Origin: Desulfomicrobium sp.
GTDB taxonomy: Bacteria; Desulfobacterota; Desulfovibrionia; Desulfovibrionales; Desulfomicrobiaceae
NCBI GenBank assembly: GCA_040768745.1
Contig: JAXGMI010000003.1
Span: forward strand, 202,333 to 266,332
Reading direction: 5' to 3'
Length of the DNA: 64,000 bases
Shown here: positions 1-10,230 of the stretch, one piece after another
Position numbering within the stretch: position 1 is the stretch's first letter
Layout of the letters: each line of letters starts with the position of its first letter
Position numbers and translations under genes: made by a program
Notes under the pieces: generated by a model
What the model saw: the letters and a program-made list of their open reading frames with translations, nothing else
Databases searched by the model: none
What the model was told of the DNA's origin: nothing

Positions 1-1179
1 GATGATGCGGTACCCGTTGCCGCCGAAGAACGCGTTCATGTTGTCGAAATAGCCGCGTCCGCCGTACAGGAAGACACTGTCGTAGCCCCGCGCCTCCAGC
101 TGCCGGCCGAGGCTCGCGTACCCGGTTTCCCGGCCCAGGCGTTTGACGATGGACCGTCCGGGAGTCGGGGGCACGGACAGGGTGATGGCCTCCAAGCCCC
201 GGTCCGTGCGCGTGCCTGTCGCGAAGAAATTGCTGAAAAAGAGGCTCTCGGGCTTCAGTCGGTCCAGATTCGGGGTCAGGTTGCGTGTATCGCCGAAACA
301 GCCGAGATATTTCGCGCTCAAGCTCTCGATCGTGACGACGATGACGTTGAGCCGCCGAAAGGCACCCGGATTGTCGATTTCACGGCGGATGTCCTGGGGG
401 TCGTCGCCGACGAAGCGGGCGCCGGGTTCGGCCACCTCCCGGCGAAGCAGCGCCCCGACTTCCTCACCTGGCAGCGTGGCGTAGAGCTGGGAGTAGTCGA
501 GTTCGTTGTTGCGAAACGCCGCAAAGAACTGGAACGGGCCGTTGGCCGCGAGTTCGCGTTGCGTGGTGCTTCCGCCTGCGGCGAAGTCCTGCCCCGCGAA
601 AACGGTCACGAGCAGGCTCGCCCCGGCCACGGCCGCGAAAAGCAGGCCGCGGCCGCGCCGCGACAGCAGGGGCGCCCCAATGGCCCGGTCCATGACCTTG
701 CCCGACAGGGCGACCCCGGCCGCCGAGAGCACGACGAGCATGGCCAGGAGGGGATAGACGGGGTACGATTCCAGAATGTTGTTGATGACTTCGTTCGAAT
801 AGACGAGGTAGTCGACGGCGATGAAGTTGAAGCGGACGCCGAACTCGTCCCAGAACAGCCATTCCGAGACGGCCGTGAAGAGCATGACGAAGAGGCTGAG
901 CCCCATCAGGCCTCGCAGCAGGCCCCGGTGCCACCCGGATTCCCAGGCCGATGCCGGGCACAGGGCGAAATGCAGGGCCACGGGCAGCGCCGCGTAGCTG
1001 AGAAAACTCAGGTCGTGGACCAGGCCGAGGCCGAAGATACCCAGCATGCCGAGCACGCCGGTATTGACATCGCCTAGGTGACTTGCCAGCAAGACGAGGC
1101 GTGTCAGAAAAAAAACGGCCAGCCAGGCGCCCAGGATGATGGCCAAACAGCGAACCTGGGCATATCGTGAAAGGGACAT
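1..1179 (-). CDS. LTA synthase-family / sulfatase membrane protein (runs off the window start)
   Basis: Manual translation (absent from the ORF track): N-terminal TM helices, then EWLFWDEFGVRFNFIAVDYL, NVIVVTIESLS, TPNLD, FATGTRTDRGLEA; GGAGGA RBS 6 nt upstream of the ATG at 1179. Confidence 0.85.
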   Translation of the reverse strand, partial: MSLSRYAQVRCLAIILGAWLAVFFLTRLVLLASHLGDVNTGVLGMLGIFGLGLVHDLSFLSYAALPVALHFALCPASAWESGWHRGLLRGLMGLSLFVMLFTAVSEWLFWDEFGVRFNFIAVDYLVYSNEVINNILESYPVYPLLAMLVVLSAAGVALSGKVMDRAIGAPLLSRRGRGLLFAAVAGASLLVTVFAGQDFAAGGSTTQRELAANGPFQFFAAFRNNELDYSQLYATLPGEEVGALLRREVAEPGARFVGDDPQDIRREIDNPGAFRRLNVIVVTIESLSAKYLGCFGDTRNLTPNLDRLKPESLFFSNFFATGTRTDRGLEAITLSVPPTPGRSIVKRLGRETGYASLGRQLEARGYDSVFLYGGRGYFDNMNAFFGGNGYRII

Positions 1180-1243
1180 GTACATTCCTCCGTGGTGTTG
1201 TCCCGTGCTATGCCCCTGGCCGTGAGCCGAATGTCGTGCTGTC

Positions 1244-1259
1244 GTGAAAAATTCGTGAA
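1244..1259 (-). promoter_or_regulatory. ColR-box-like direct repeat for an OmpR-family regulator
   Basis: TTCACGAATTTTTCAC on the minus strand; TCGTGAA repeated 11 bp apart in the divergent intergenic region. Confidence 0.5.
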
Positions 1260-1282
1260 TCCCCAATCCAAGGTCCGCATCC

Positions 1283-1966
1283 ATGCGCATCCTGATCGTT
1301 GAAGACAACCCCGACATCCTCGCCAACGTGCTCGATTACCTCCAGCTCAAGGGCTACACCGTCGACTGCGCCCAGGACGGGCTCGGAGGCCTGCACCTGG
1401 CCGTGACCCAGGCCTACGACCTGATCGTGCTGGACGTCATGCTGCCCGGCATCGACGGCTACCAGATCTGCAAACGTCTGCGCGAGGATGCCCGGCTCGA
1501 CGTCCCGATCATCATGCTCACCGCCCGCGACACGCTGGACGACCGCATCCGCGGGTTCAGCACCGGCGCCGACGACTACCTCGTCAAACCCTTCGCCCTG
1601 TCAGAGCTCCACGCGCGCATCCAGGCCGTGCTGCGTCGGGCCAGGGGGGGACGGGGCCATGAATTGCGGGTCGGCGACCTTTCCTTCGACGTGGAGACCC
1701 TGCAGGTGCGGCGTGCGGACAGAACGCTCAAACCGCACCCTTTCGGGCTGAAGCTCCTGGAGATCCTGATGCGCAAAAGCCCGGCCGTGGTCCGCCGCGA
1801 GGAACTGGAGCGCGAACTCTGGGGCGACGATTGCCCGGACAGCGACAGCCTGCGCAGCCACATCCACCAGCTGCGCCAGGTCGTGGACAAGCCCTTCAAT
1901 TCTCCGTTGCTGCACACGGTGCACGGCATCGGGTACCGTCTGGCGGAGAAGGCCGATGACCTCTAG
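1283..1966 (+). CDS. OmpR-family response regulator (ColR-like)
   Basis: Receiver domain (VED, LDVMLPG, ADDYLVKPF) plus winged helix (LHTVHGIGY). Confidence 0.92.
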   Translation: MRILIVEDNPDILANVLDYLQLKGYTVDCAQDGLGGLHLAVTQAYDLIVLDVMLPGIDGYQICKRLREDARLDVPIIMLTARDTLDDRIRGFSTGADDYLVKPFALSELHARIQAVLRRARGGRGHELRVGDLSFDVETLQVRRADRTLKPHPFGLKLLEILMRKSPAVVRREELERELWGDDCPDSDSLRSHIHQLRQVVDKPFNSPLLHTVHGIGYRLAEKADDL

Positions 1967-3215
1967 ACTCCCCTTCTCCCAGCGCATCGTCATCGCCTTC
2001 GTGCTCATGACGATGGTCGTCAGCGGCTCCTTTTCCCTGGGGATCGTGGCCGTCGTCCATTTTGTCGAAGATCAGCTCATCTCAAAAGAGCTGTACGGCA
2101 AACTGAACATGGTCCTCCACGAGGACATCAAGGCCGGCAGGGAGCCGCGGCTCGACGCCCGAACCCGCTTTTTTGCCTCGAACTCGGCCAGTCACCCCAT
2201 CCCGGAGCGTTTCTCGGACTATCCCGATGGGTTCACGGAGATCGAGGAAGAGGACGAGGCTGCCTACATCTATGTCCTGGAGGTCAACGGTTCGCGGTAC
2301 ATGCTCCTGCAGGACCAGCGGGAGTTTGAAAACAGGGAGGAGATTCTTTTCTCGGTGGTTCTGGCGGGCTTTCTGCTCTGCATCGTCTGCGCCTGGGGGA
2401 TCGGCGTGGTCATGGCCAGACAGGTCATGGAGCCGGTGGCACGGCTCGCCGGACAGGTCCGGCACCCCGACCAGCTCGCCACCCGCACTGCCCCCCTGGC
2501 CCCGGGCTATGCGGACGACGAGATCGGGCATCTGGCCGCCGCCTTCGACACGACCCTCGGCCAGCTCCGCAGGTCCATCGAACGCGAGCGCCTCTTCACC
2601 AGCGATGTCAGCCATGAGCTGCGCACACCGCTGATGGTCATCTCCACATCGTGCGAGCTGCTGCTCGAAAACCCGCTGCAGGTCGCCCAGCGCGGGCAGG
2701 TCGAACGCATCGCCCGGGCCGCGCGGGACATGAACGACCTGGTCCGGACGTTTCTGCTCCTCGCGCGGTCAGGCCCGGCCGAAACCGCCGAGACGACCAC
2801 GCTGGCCGAGGTCGCGCGGGAACAGGCCGAACTGTGGGGGCCGTCGATCCGCGCCAAGGGGCTCGCTTTCGAGTTGATTGACGAAGGGGCTGGCACGGCC
2901 GGCCACAACCCGACGTTCCTGCGCACGGCCATGGCCAACCTGTTGCGCAACGCGCTGCACTACACGGCCAGTGGAACGGTGCGCGTCATCCTGGAGCGGG
3001 ACGGGTTCCGGGTCGAAGACACGGGCATGGGCATTCCCGCCCACGAGCGGGACCACATCTTCGAGCCCTTTGTGCGCGGTACGGCCACCAGGGGGCTGGG
3101 ACTGGGGCTCGGACTGTCACTGGTGAAACGCATCTGCGAGCGCAACGGCTGGACGATTACCGCCTCTGAAATGCAGCCGAAAGGGAGCTGTTTCAAGGTT
3201 TCGTTCTCGGCGTAG
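1956..3215 (+). CDS. HAMP sensor histidine kinase (ColS-like)
   Basis: Two TM segments, SHELRTPL H-box, NLLRNA N-box, DTGMG, GLGLGLGL; overlaps the regulator gene. Confidence 0.92.
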   Translation: MTSRLPFSQRIVIAFVLMTMVVSGSFSLGIVAVVHFVEDQLISKELYGKLNMVLHEDIKAGREPRLDARTRFFASNSASHPIPERFSDYPDGFTEIEEEDEAAYIYVLEVNGSRYMLLQDQREFENREEILFSVVLAGFLLCIVCAWGIGVVMARQVMEPVARLAGQVRHPDQLATRTAPLAPGYADDEIGHLAAAFDTTLGQLRRSIERERLFTSDVSHELRTPLMVISTSCELLLENPLQVAQRGQVERIARAARDMNDLVRTFLLLARSGPAETAETTTLAEVAREQAELWGPSIRAKGLAFELIDEGAGTAGHNPTFLRTAMANLLRNALHYTASGTVRVILERDGFRVEDTGMGIPAHERDHIFEPFVRGTATRGLGLGLGLSLVKRICERNGWTITASEMQPKGSCFKVSFSA

Positions 3216-3370
3216 AGCTGATATGTGGAATATGGCGGCTGACATCCTTCCCTGCGACGACTGACTTGGGTCGGCAAAACGTTCAGCCCGCCGGGCCGGC
3301 TCCATTGGACGCCCCGGCGTTAGACATCTATCCAACCTCGACCTGCAACCCGCATCAGGGAGATACAGTC

Positions 3371-3676
3371 ATGTTTGTTGTCATTGTCGATGTCCTGGTC
3401 AGAGCCCAATTCGTGAACCAATTCCGCGAAGCGGTCATCCGTCAGGGCGAGAACTCCCTGGCCCTCGAGCCCGGCTGCCTGGGCTTTGACATCCTGCAGG
3501 ACCCTGACAACCCTGCGCTCTTCACCCTGGTGGAAACGTATGAAGACGCGCCGGCGTTCTACGAAACGCACCGCCGCACGCCGCATTTTCAGGCCTACGC
3601 CACAACCACGGCCCCCTGGGTGGAAACGAAAAACCTGCGCCCCTTGGCCAGAATCTGGCCAAGTCTGAAGAAATGA
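3371..3676 (+). CDS. ABM-domain (antibiotic biosynthesis monooxygenase / LsrG-like) protein
   Basis: EPGCLGFDI...F.L.E.Y...HRRTPHF pattern; GGAG RBS. Confidence 0.8.
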   Translation: MFVVIVDVLVRAQFVNQFREAVIRQGENSLALEPGCLGFDILQDPDNPALFTLVETYEDAPAFYETHRRTPHFQAYATTTAPWVETKNLRPLARIWPSLKK

Positions 3677-3726
3677 GAACATGGCAGGAGGTTCGGAGCG
3701 CGGAGGCCCGATACCCGAGGTAGGCC

Positions 3727-4380
3727 TTATTTGAGATACTTGATGGCGAAAAAACCCAGAATGGCGAGCAGGACCAGGGCTGAGGCCGCCAACTCGAAGT
3801 GCTTGTCCAGAAAGGGCCTGATCCTGGCTCCGAACAGACGGATGAGGCCGGCCACGAGAAAAAACCGGAAGCCCCTGCCCAGCACCGAAGCCAGCAGAAA
3901 AGGGGCCACATCAAAACGCATCATGCCAGAGGCGATGGTGAATACCTTGTAGGGGATGGGAGTCACGGCCGCGATGAGTACGCCCCAGAAACCGTAGTCC
4001 CGGTACCAGACCCGGACGGCTTCGACCACGGACTCGCCGTGGTAGAAACGGACAATGGCTTGCCCCACGACATCCCACAGGCCCCAGCCGATGGAGTAGC
4101 CCAGCACCCCTCCGGCTACCGAGGCCACGGTGCACCACAGCGCCAGACGGAACCACCGCGTGGGCGTGGAAAAACAGAGGGCAATGAGCAGCACATCCGG
4201 GGGGACCGGGAAAAAAGAGCTCTCGGCGAAGGACAGAACCACCAGGGCGGGCAGGGCATAGGGCGTGGCGGCCCAATGCAGGGTCCAGTAGTAGAGTTTA
4301 CGCAGGGGATTTCGTGTGCCGCGGGCCTGCGCATCCAGGCCTTCCTCGACCGGAATCTCAAAAGGTGCTTGGTGTGTCAT
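3727..4380 (-). CDS. YqaA/DedA-family membrane protein
   Basis: SFAESSFFPVPPDVLL, TPIPYKVFTI, GRGFRFF motifs. Confidence 0.88.
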   Translation of the reverse strand: MTHQAPFEIPVEEGLDAQARGTRNPLRKLYYWTLHWAATPYALPALVVLSFAESSFFPVPPDVLLIALCFSTPTRWFRLALWCTVASVAGGVLGYSIGWGLWDVVGQAIVRFYHGESVVEAVRVWYRDYGFWGVLIAAVTPIPYKVFTIASGMMRFDVAPFLLASVLGRGFRFFLVAGLIRLFGARIRPFLDKHFELAASALVLLAILGFFAIKYLK

Positions 4381-4500
4381 GACGCCGGCAGACCAGCACA
4401 AATCCGAGCGGATCACAACAGAAAAGTCATGTCTCGGCATCAACGAGCCCCAATGTTGTCTCCTTAACCTCATGGGCAGTCGTCCACATCCAAACCAACC

Positions 4501-5349
4501 ATGCCCCAGCCAAATGCGAAAACTGTTCCCTCCCCTGCACAGGCGTTCAAAACCGAACCCCCTGGCGCCATGTTCTGGCCTGTACCAGCACTTCTGGCCT
4601 GGGTGGGAGCCTGGGGGATTTTTTCTGGTCTGTACATCCTGGGCGCCCCTGTCTGGCTTTGCGCCATTCTGGCCACTGGATTTGGACTGGGGGCAGGCCG
4701 GAGGGGTACCACACCCTGGAGACGACTCTGCGTTGCCGGAGGCTTTCCCCTCTCCTTCTGCGCCACGCAGATTGGTTCCCAAATGCCGGCCTGGGTCTGG
4801 CTCGTGGCCATGGTTTTTTTGATTCTCTGCTATCCATTAAATATATGGAAGGATGCGCCCCTTTTCCCCACGCCCAAAGGCATTCTGGACGGAATCCAAA
4901 CCTTCGCACCCTTGCCCCGCGGGGCACGCATTCTCGACGCCGGATGCGGCCTGGGAGACGGTCTTCGCGAGTTGCACCGAATCTTCCCCGAGGCACGGCT
5001 CATCGGGTGGGAATGGAGCTGAGCTCTGCGTCTTCTGTGCGGGATACGTTGCCCCTTCGCCACGGTGCGCAGGGCGGATATGTGGAGCGGGGACTGGAGC
5101 GATTTCGAGATGGTCTATATGTTCCAGCGGCCTGAGAGCATGGAGCGGGCGGCCCGCAAGGCCCAGGCTGAACTCCGCCCCGGGGCGCTCCTGCTCAGTC
5201 TTGAATTCCAGGCTGTCGGCCTCACGCCCGTGGCAGTGTTGAAAAACCGGATCGACAAGCCGGTTTGGATCTACCGCATGACAGATGAACTCTCGGGCCA
5301 ACGGCATGGGGCAGGAAATTCTGGCCCATGCACTCAGGAAACCGGCTGA
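4501..5349 (+). pseudogene. Membrane-anchored class I SAM methyltransferase interrupted by an in-frame TGA (5020-5022)
   Basis: DAPLFPTP and ILDAGCGLGDG before the stop; the same frame continues ALRLLCGIRCPFATVRRADMWSGDWSDFEMVYMFQRPESM...LSLEF. Confidence 0.7.
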
Positions 5350-5553
5350 CAACGCGGGGAAAAAGATCCCCGCGCATGGCAAGTTATTTTTTTATCCATA
5401 TTTACGGAGCATTGGAGCAGAATCCAGCATACGGGGCGAAATGCTCCTGTGGGGAAAAACACCCCAGCCCAACTCAATTTTTTTTCCGGATTTGACATCG
5501 TCCGGCCCCCTGCCCTGACCCGCCAAAAATTCTATATTTATTTTTATACATAA

Positions 5554-5566
5554 AATCAAATAGTTA
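5554..5566 (+). promoter_or_regulatory. IHF binding site
   Basis: AATCAAATAGTTA matches WATCAANNNNTTR, with an upstream AT tract. Confidence 0.7.
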
Positions 5567-5620
5567 AAAAATACCATCCGCACGTATGCGAGACGATTCC
5601 GCCACGCAGTCCTGCTCTGT

Positions 5621-5636
5621 TGGCACGGGCGTTGCT
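5621..5636 (+). promoter_or_regulatory. sigma54 (-24/-12) promoter
   Basis: TGGCACGGGCGTTGCT = TGGCAC-N5-TTGCW. Confidence 0.85.
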
Positions 5637-5717
5637 TTTGAGGTCCGGAGTCCGAGAGCCCGGGGTGTATGACCGAGGGGGATCGGCCTCAGGCCAGATC
5701 GTCAAGGAGGATGGAGT

Positions 5718-6149
5718 GTGACCGACGCCAATATTTTGCTGGTCGATGACGATGCGCAGTTCATCGACGTCATGAAGAAACGCCTGACCATGCGCCAGAT
5801 GGAGGTGTTTCACGCAAGCAGTGGCGAGGAGGCCATGCATAAGCTTGCGATGCACGGCGAAATCGAGGTGGTCATCCTTGACGTGAAGCTTCCCGGTCAG
5901 AGCGGTATCGAGATTTTGCGGATCATCAAGCAGCAGCATCCCCTGGTGGAGGTCATCATGCTCACCGGGCACGGCACCCTTGAGTCCGCCATAGACGGAA
6001 TGCGCCTGGGTGCAGCAGACTATCTGATGAAACCCTGTAACATCGATGTGCTGGTGGAAAAGGTCAAGGAAGCAGTGGAGAAAAAGCGTCGGCATGAAGA
6101 AAAAATCGTCGACGCGCGCGTTCGCGAATTCGCCAGCCGCAGAGGCTGA
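5718..6149 (+). CDS. Single-domain response regulator
   Basis: LLVDDD, LDVKLPG, MLTGHG, DYLMKP. Confidence 0.9.
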   Translation: MTDANILLVDDDAQFIDVMKKRLTMRQMEVFHASSGEEAMHKLAMHGEIEVVILDVKLPGQSGIEILRIIKQQHPLVEVIMLTGHGTLESAIDGMRLGAADYLMKPCNIDVLVEKVKEAVEKKRRHEEKIVDARVREFASRRG

Positions 6150-6162
6150 CAGGGTTGGCCAG

Positions 6163-6579
6163 ATGAGCGCGGGCACAATCAGGGTTCTTCTTGTCGATGA
6201 CGAAACCCAGTTTGCGGCGATCCTGGCCAAGCGACTGCGCAGAAAAGGGTTTGTGGTGACGATGGCAGGCAGCGGCCCGGAAGGTTTGGGCCAGCTCGAA
6301 ACCGATCCGGTCGATGTGGTGGTCCTGGACGTGAACATGCCCGGCATGGATGGAATTCAGGTCCTGCGCGAGATCAGAATGCGCCATCCTCTGGTCCAGA
6401 TTCTCATGCTGACGGGCCATGCGGACATGGAATCGGCCATCTCGGGCATGGCCATGGGAGCCTACGACTACTTGATGAAGCCAGCGGACCTGGAAGACCT
6501 GGTCCGCAAGCTCCGCGATGCTGGCGATCGGAGCAGACAATTGGATGAGGAAAGCGGGTTGGATGTGCCACCTGCATGA
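6163..6579 (+). CDS. Single-domain response regulator
   Basis: LLVDDE, LDVNMPG, MLTGHA, DYLMKP. Confidence 0.9.
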   Translation: MSAGTIRVLLVDDETQFAAILAKRLRRKGFVVTMAGSGPEGLGQLETDPVDVVVLDVNMPGMDGIQVLREIRMRHPLVQILMLTGHADMESAISGMAMGAYDYLMKPADLEDLVRKLRDAGDRSRQLDEESGLDVPPA

Positions 6580-6619
6580 ATTCTTAAGGACTTGAGAAAA
6601 AGAGGAGGCGGTAACACGT

Positions 6620-7897
6620 ATGGGATTCTTCAAACAATGGGGTTCATTCATGGTAGAGGGCTCTCGGTCCTTTGCCCGGTGGGAAGTGGAAAACGCCCGC
6701 GTGATTCTAGGCGATAAACGGCGGATCTGGCTGCTCGCCCTGCTGCTCATCCCCTGTGTCCTGGGCGGATGGGCCTTTGCGGATGAAATCGGCAAAGCCC
6801 TGCCCAGCGCCATTGGCGGCAAGGAAGCCTACAGCCCGTCCTACTACAGCATGTTCATCTTTCTGGTGTCCATCTTCGTCGGCGTCGGCGCGGGACTGAT
6901 CTCCGGCTGCATCGGTGCGGGCGGCGGCTTCATCATCGCCCCGGCCCTTATGAGCGCCGGCGTCAAGGGTATTCTGGCCGTCGGCACGGACCTCTTCCAT
7001 ATCTTCGCCAAGGCTATCATGGGTTCGGTCCTGCACCGCAAGATGGGCAACGTCTCGGTGCCTCTGGCCTTCGTCTTCCTGATCGGCGCCATCGTCGGCA
7101 CGACGGTGGGCGCAGGCATCAACCGTTTTCTGTACAACGTCAACCCGGTGCTGAGCGACACATTCATTACCGTCGTGTACACGATCATGCTCGGCTTTCT
7201 GGGTTTCTATGGCATGTATGACTATTTCAGCGCCAAGAAGGCCGGGGTCAAGGGTGGCGCCCACGACGCCAAAGAAGGCGCGTCCATGACGGGCATCGCC
7301 CAGAAACTGCAGAGCATCACCCTGCCGCCCATGGTCACCTTCGACCAGGGCCTTATCCCGGGCGGCCGCAAGATTTCCTGGCTGTTCCTGGTCCTGTCCG
7401 GCGCCCTGGTCGGCATGGCCGCGGGCATCATGGGTGTGGGCGGGGGCTTTCTGACCTTCCCCATCTTCGTCTATATCCTGGGCGTGTCCTCCCTGACCAC
7501 CGTCGGCACGGACATCTTCCAGATCGTGTTCACCGCCGGCTACGGGGCCATCACCCAGTACGCCATCTACGGATTCATCTTCTACACCCTGGCCATGGGC
7601 ATGCTGCTCGGGTCCCTGGTTGGCATCCAGATCGGGGCACTGGTGACCAAGGTCGTGCCAGGTATCACCATTCGCGGCTTCTTCGCCGTCTCGGTCATGG
7701 CTGGCTTCGTGAACCGGTTCTTCGCCCTGCCCAAGAAACTGGTCAGCATGGAAATCCTGCCTGCCTCCTGGGCTGGCCTGGCCAAGGGCATGGACACCGT
7801 TGGCATGTACCTGTTCTTCATCGTCATCGCCCTGTTCGGCATCTGGGTGTTTAGTGCGTTTTTCAAGAATATCAAGACACTGAAGTATAAGGATTGA
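6620..7897 (+). CDS. TauE/SafE-family (sulfite exporter-like) permease
   Basis: Duplicated GxIGAGGGF / GIMGVGGGF and AVGTDL / TVGTDI motifs; many TM helices. Confidence 0.88.
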   Translation: MGFFKQWGSFMVEGSRSFARWEVENARVILGDKRRIWLLALLLIPCVLGGWAFADEIGKALPSAIGGKEAYSPSYYSMFIFLVSIFVGVGAGLISGCIGAGGGFIIAPALMSAGVKGILAVGTDLFHIFAKAIMGSVLHRKMGNVSVPLAFVFLIGAIVGTTVGAGINRFLYNVNPVLSDTFITVVYTIMLGFLGFYGMYDYFSAKKAGVKGGAHDAKEGASMTGIAQKLQSITLPPMVTFDQGLIPGGRKISWLFLVLSGALVGMAAGIMGVGGGFLTFPIFVYILGVSSLTTVGTDIFQIVFTAGYGAITQYAIYGFIFYTLAMGMLLGSLVGIQIGALVTKVVPGITIRGFFAVSVMAGFVNRFFALPKKLVSMEILPASWAGLAKGMDTVGMYLFFIVIALFGIWVFSAFFKNIKTLKYKD

Positions 7898-7901
7898 TCA
7901 T

Positions 7902-8603
7902 ATGATTCATAACAAGAAGGAATTCAACCTGGGCATTGCCCTCCTTGTGCTCTTCTTCATCGTCCTCTTCGCCATGTTCCAGCCGCTTTTCGACGGGCAT
8001 AACGCCATGGCCTACCTGGACAACCTGTACAACTCCATCTCCAAGGGGTCGGCCCACTACGTGGATGCCCTGAAGGAGGAGGCCAAGACACTGGCTGGCT
8101 ACAATGTCAAGGTAACCATGAACATGGAAGATGAAGCCCAGGCCGCCGACAGCGTGGCCCTCATCACTGCCGCCGGAGGGACGGCCTCGGCCCAGGGCAA
8201 GGCACTGACCATCAACGGCGACTATGTTGCCATCCTCAACGCATGTCTGAATGATGCGGACAAGCTGTACAACAACGACAGCGCGGCCCTGAAGGCCAAG
8301 TATCCGGCATTGGCGGGCAAGGACGACAGGCAGGCCGTGTACAACTGGTACAAGATCCTCGGCGGCTTCGACAAGGAATTGAAAAAACAGGAGGCCTTTG
8401 CCCAGGCCAAAGTCGCCTTCAATGTCAATTCCAAGGTGGTGGAAACGGCCTACAACTATTACAAGGTCGTGCCGGAACAGATCAAAAACAAGATTGGCAT
8501 CGTCATCTTTTCCCTGGTGTTCTATGTCATCTATACCATGTGGTATGGCTTCGCCATCCTGTTCGTCTTCGAAGGCTGGGGCCTGAAGATCAGCGGGCAT
8601 TAG
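7902..8603 (+). CDS. Membrane protein (2 TM, periplasmic domain), TauE-associated
   Basis: N- and C-terminal hydrophobic helices; starts 4 nt after the TauE stop. Confidence 0.75.
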   Translation: MIHNKKEFNLGIALLVLFFIVLFAMFQPLFDGHNAMAYLDNLYNSISKGSAHYVDALKEEAKTLAGYNVKVTMNMEDEAQAADSVALITAAGGTASAQGKALTINGDYVAILNACLNDADKLYNNDSAALKAKYPALAGKDDRQAVYNWYKILGGFDKELKKQEAFAQAKVAFNVNSKVVETAYNYYKVVPEQIKNKIGIVIFSLVFYVIYTMWYGFAILFVFEGWGLKISGH

Positions 8604-8630
8604 GCCACAGAAACCTGTTCCCCGTTTTGC

Positions 8631-8661
8631 AACGCGGTCCCCTTGGGGGCCGCGTTTTTTT
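8631..8661 (+). terminator. Rho-independent terminator
   Basis: AACGCGGTCCCC-TT-GGGGGCCGCGTT followed by a T run. Confidence 0.8.
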
Positions 8662-8714
8662 GTTTGGACCCATGCACAAGCCTTTGCTAGGAAGGCCAGG
8701 AGCCTGGGGGGCAC

Positions 8715-10214
8715 ATGAACCTTTCCGAATACTACAATGCCGTGATGGAATTGAGCCACGGCATCGTCATCACCCTGGACGAAACCGGGCGGATCATCCA
8801 CGGCAATTCCCGGTTCGAGGTGGTTTCCGGATACTTGACCAGCCAGATCGCCGGATTGGACTGGTTTGAAACCTGCGTAGATCAGAGACATCGGGCCAAG
8901 GCCAAGGCCGAATTCGCCGGCATTGCCGAACGGGGGCGCCTGTCCCTCATGAAGGGTTCTCTGCGGACCAAGGATGGCCGCACGGTCTATATCGACTGGA
9001 ACATGAAGCCCTTGTTCGATTCCCAACGCCGACTGGTCAGCGTCCTGTGCGTAGGTCAGGACGTGACCGCCCACGTCGAACGCCAACGAAAGCTGATGCA
9101 TGAACAGGACCGCCTCATGGCCCTGAACAAAGAGCTCTCCTGCCTGCACGCCATGAACAGGATCGTGGCCAACATGGACAGCGACCTGCCGGACATTCTG
9201 CACGAGATCCTGGCCCTCATCCCCCCCTCTTTCCAGTATCCCGAATTCACGGGAGTACGCCTGGTTTTGGACGGCCATTCCCTATTCAGCGGACAATACG
9301 CCCCCGAGGCCCATTCCCGCATGGAGCAGAGCGTGATGGTGCACAAGGTCAAACGGGGACATCTGAGCGTCAGCCTCCAAGGTGCCACCCAGGACGGGAT
9401 TTCCCATGCCTTTCTGCCCACTGAATGTGAGCTCCTTTCAGCCCTGGCCAAGCACGTGGGCTGGATCATCACCAAGCGCGAGGCCATGGACACCAAAAGA
9501 AACCTGGAGCGCCAACTTCAGCATGCCGACCGTCTGGCCAAGATCGGCCAGTTTGCGGCGGGCGTGGCCCATGAACTGAACGAACCCCTGGCCAATATTT
9601 TGGGATTCGCGCAACTGGCCGCGCAGACCCCCGACCTGCCCTCCCAAGTGTCCAGGGATCTGGACAATATCGTCAAGTCCGCCCTGCACAGCCGGGAAAT
9701 CATCAAGAAGCTGATGATCTTTGGCCGCCAGGTTCCGCTGCAGAAGAGCATGGTCGACATGAATCAGGTCATCCGGGACACCCTGTATTTCATCGAAACG
9801 GGTGCGGCGAGGAACAACATTGGCATCCATTTGGACCTGAGCGAGGACTTGCCGGACATTATGGGCGACCCCCAGCACCTGAAACAGGTCATGGTCAACC
9901 TCATGGTCAACGCCATTCATGCCATGCCCGACGGGGGAACCTTGACCATCCGCACTCTGTCCTTCAACCACGACGTCTATCTCCTGGTGGAAGACTCCGG
10001 CGTGGGCATGGAGACCGAGGTGCTGCGGCAGATCTTCAATCCCTTCTTCACCACCAAGGATTCTGACCAGGGAACCGGATTGGGTCTGGCCGTGGTGCAC
10101 GGCATAGTCTCCGCCCATGGCGGGATCATCGACGTGGTCAGCGAACCGGGTCGGGGAACGCGGTTCGAGATCACGTTTCCCTGCGCCGATCCTGCCTCGG
10201 CGGCACAGGATTGA
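8715..10214 (+). CDS. PAS-domain sensor histidine kinase (NtrB-like)
   Basis: N-terminal PAS, AHELNEPL, NLMVNA, DSGVG, PFFTTK, GTGLGL. Confidence 0.92.
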   Translation: MNLSEYYNAVMELSHGIVITLDETGRIIHGNSRFEVVSGYLTSQIAGLDWFETCVDQRHRAKAKAEFAGIAERGRLSLMKGSLRTKDGRTVYIDWNMKPLFDSQRRLVSVLCVGQDVTAHVERQRKLMHEQDRLMALNKELSCLHAMNRIVANMDSDLPDILHEILALIPPSFQYPEFTGVRLVLDGHSLFSGQYAPEAHSRMEQSVMVHKVKRGHLSVSLQGATQDGISHAFLPTECELLSALAKHVGWIITKREAMDTKRNLERQLQHADRLAKIGQFAAGVAHELNEPLANILGFAQLAAQTPDLPSQVSRDLDNIVKSALHSREIIKKLMIFGRQVPLQKSMVDMNQVIRDTLYFIETGAARNNIGIHLDLSEDLPDIMGDPQHLKQVMVNLMVNAIHAMPDGGTLTIRTLSFNHDVYLLVEDSGVGMETEVLRQIFNPFFTTKDSDQGTGLGLAVVHGIVSAHGGIIDVVSEPGRGTRFEITFPCADPASAAQD

Positions 10215-10230
10215 ACGGGAAGAACACGAC

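Noticed and set aside
3235..3327. Possible integron attC site ending GGCGTTAGAC before the ABM gene
   Set aside because: No convincing RYYYAAC left core or L-box symmetry, and no integron integrase in the window
5020..5070. Selenocysteine codon
   Set aside because: The position appears to correspond to Trp, not Cys, and no clear SECIS is present; kept only as a nonsense/error candidate
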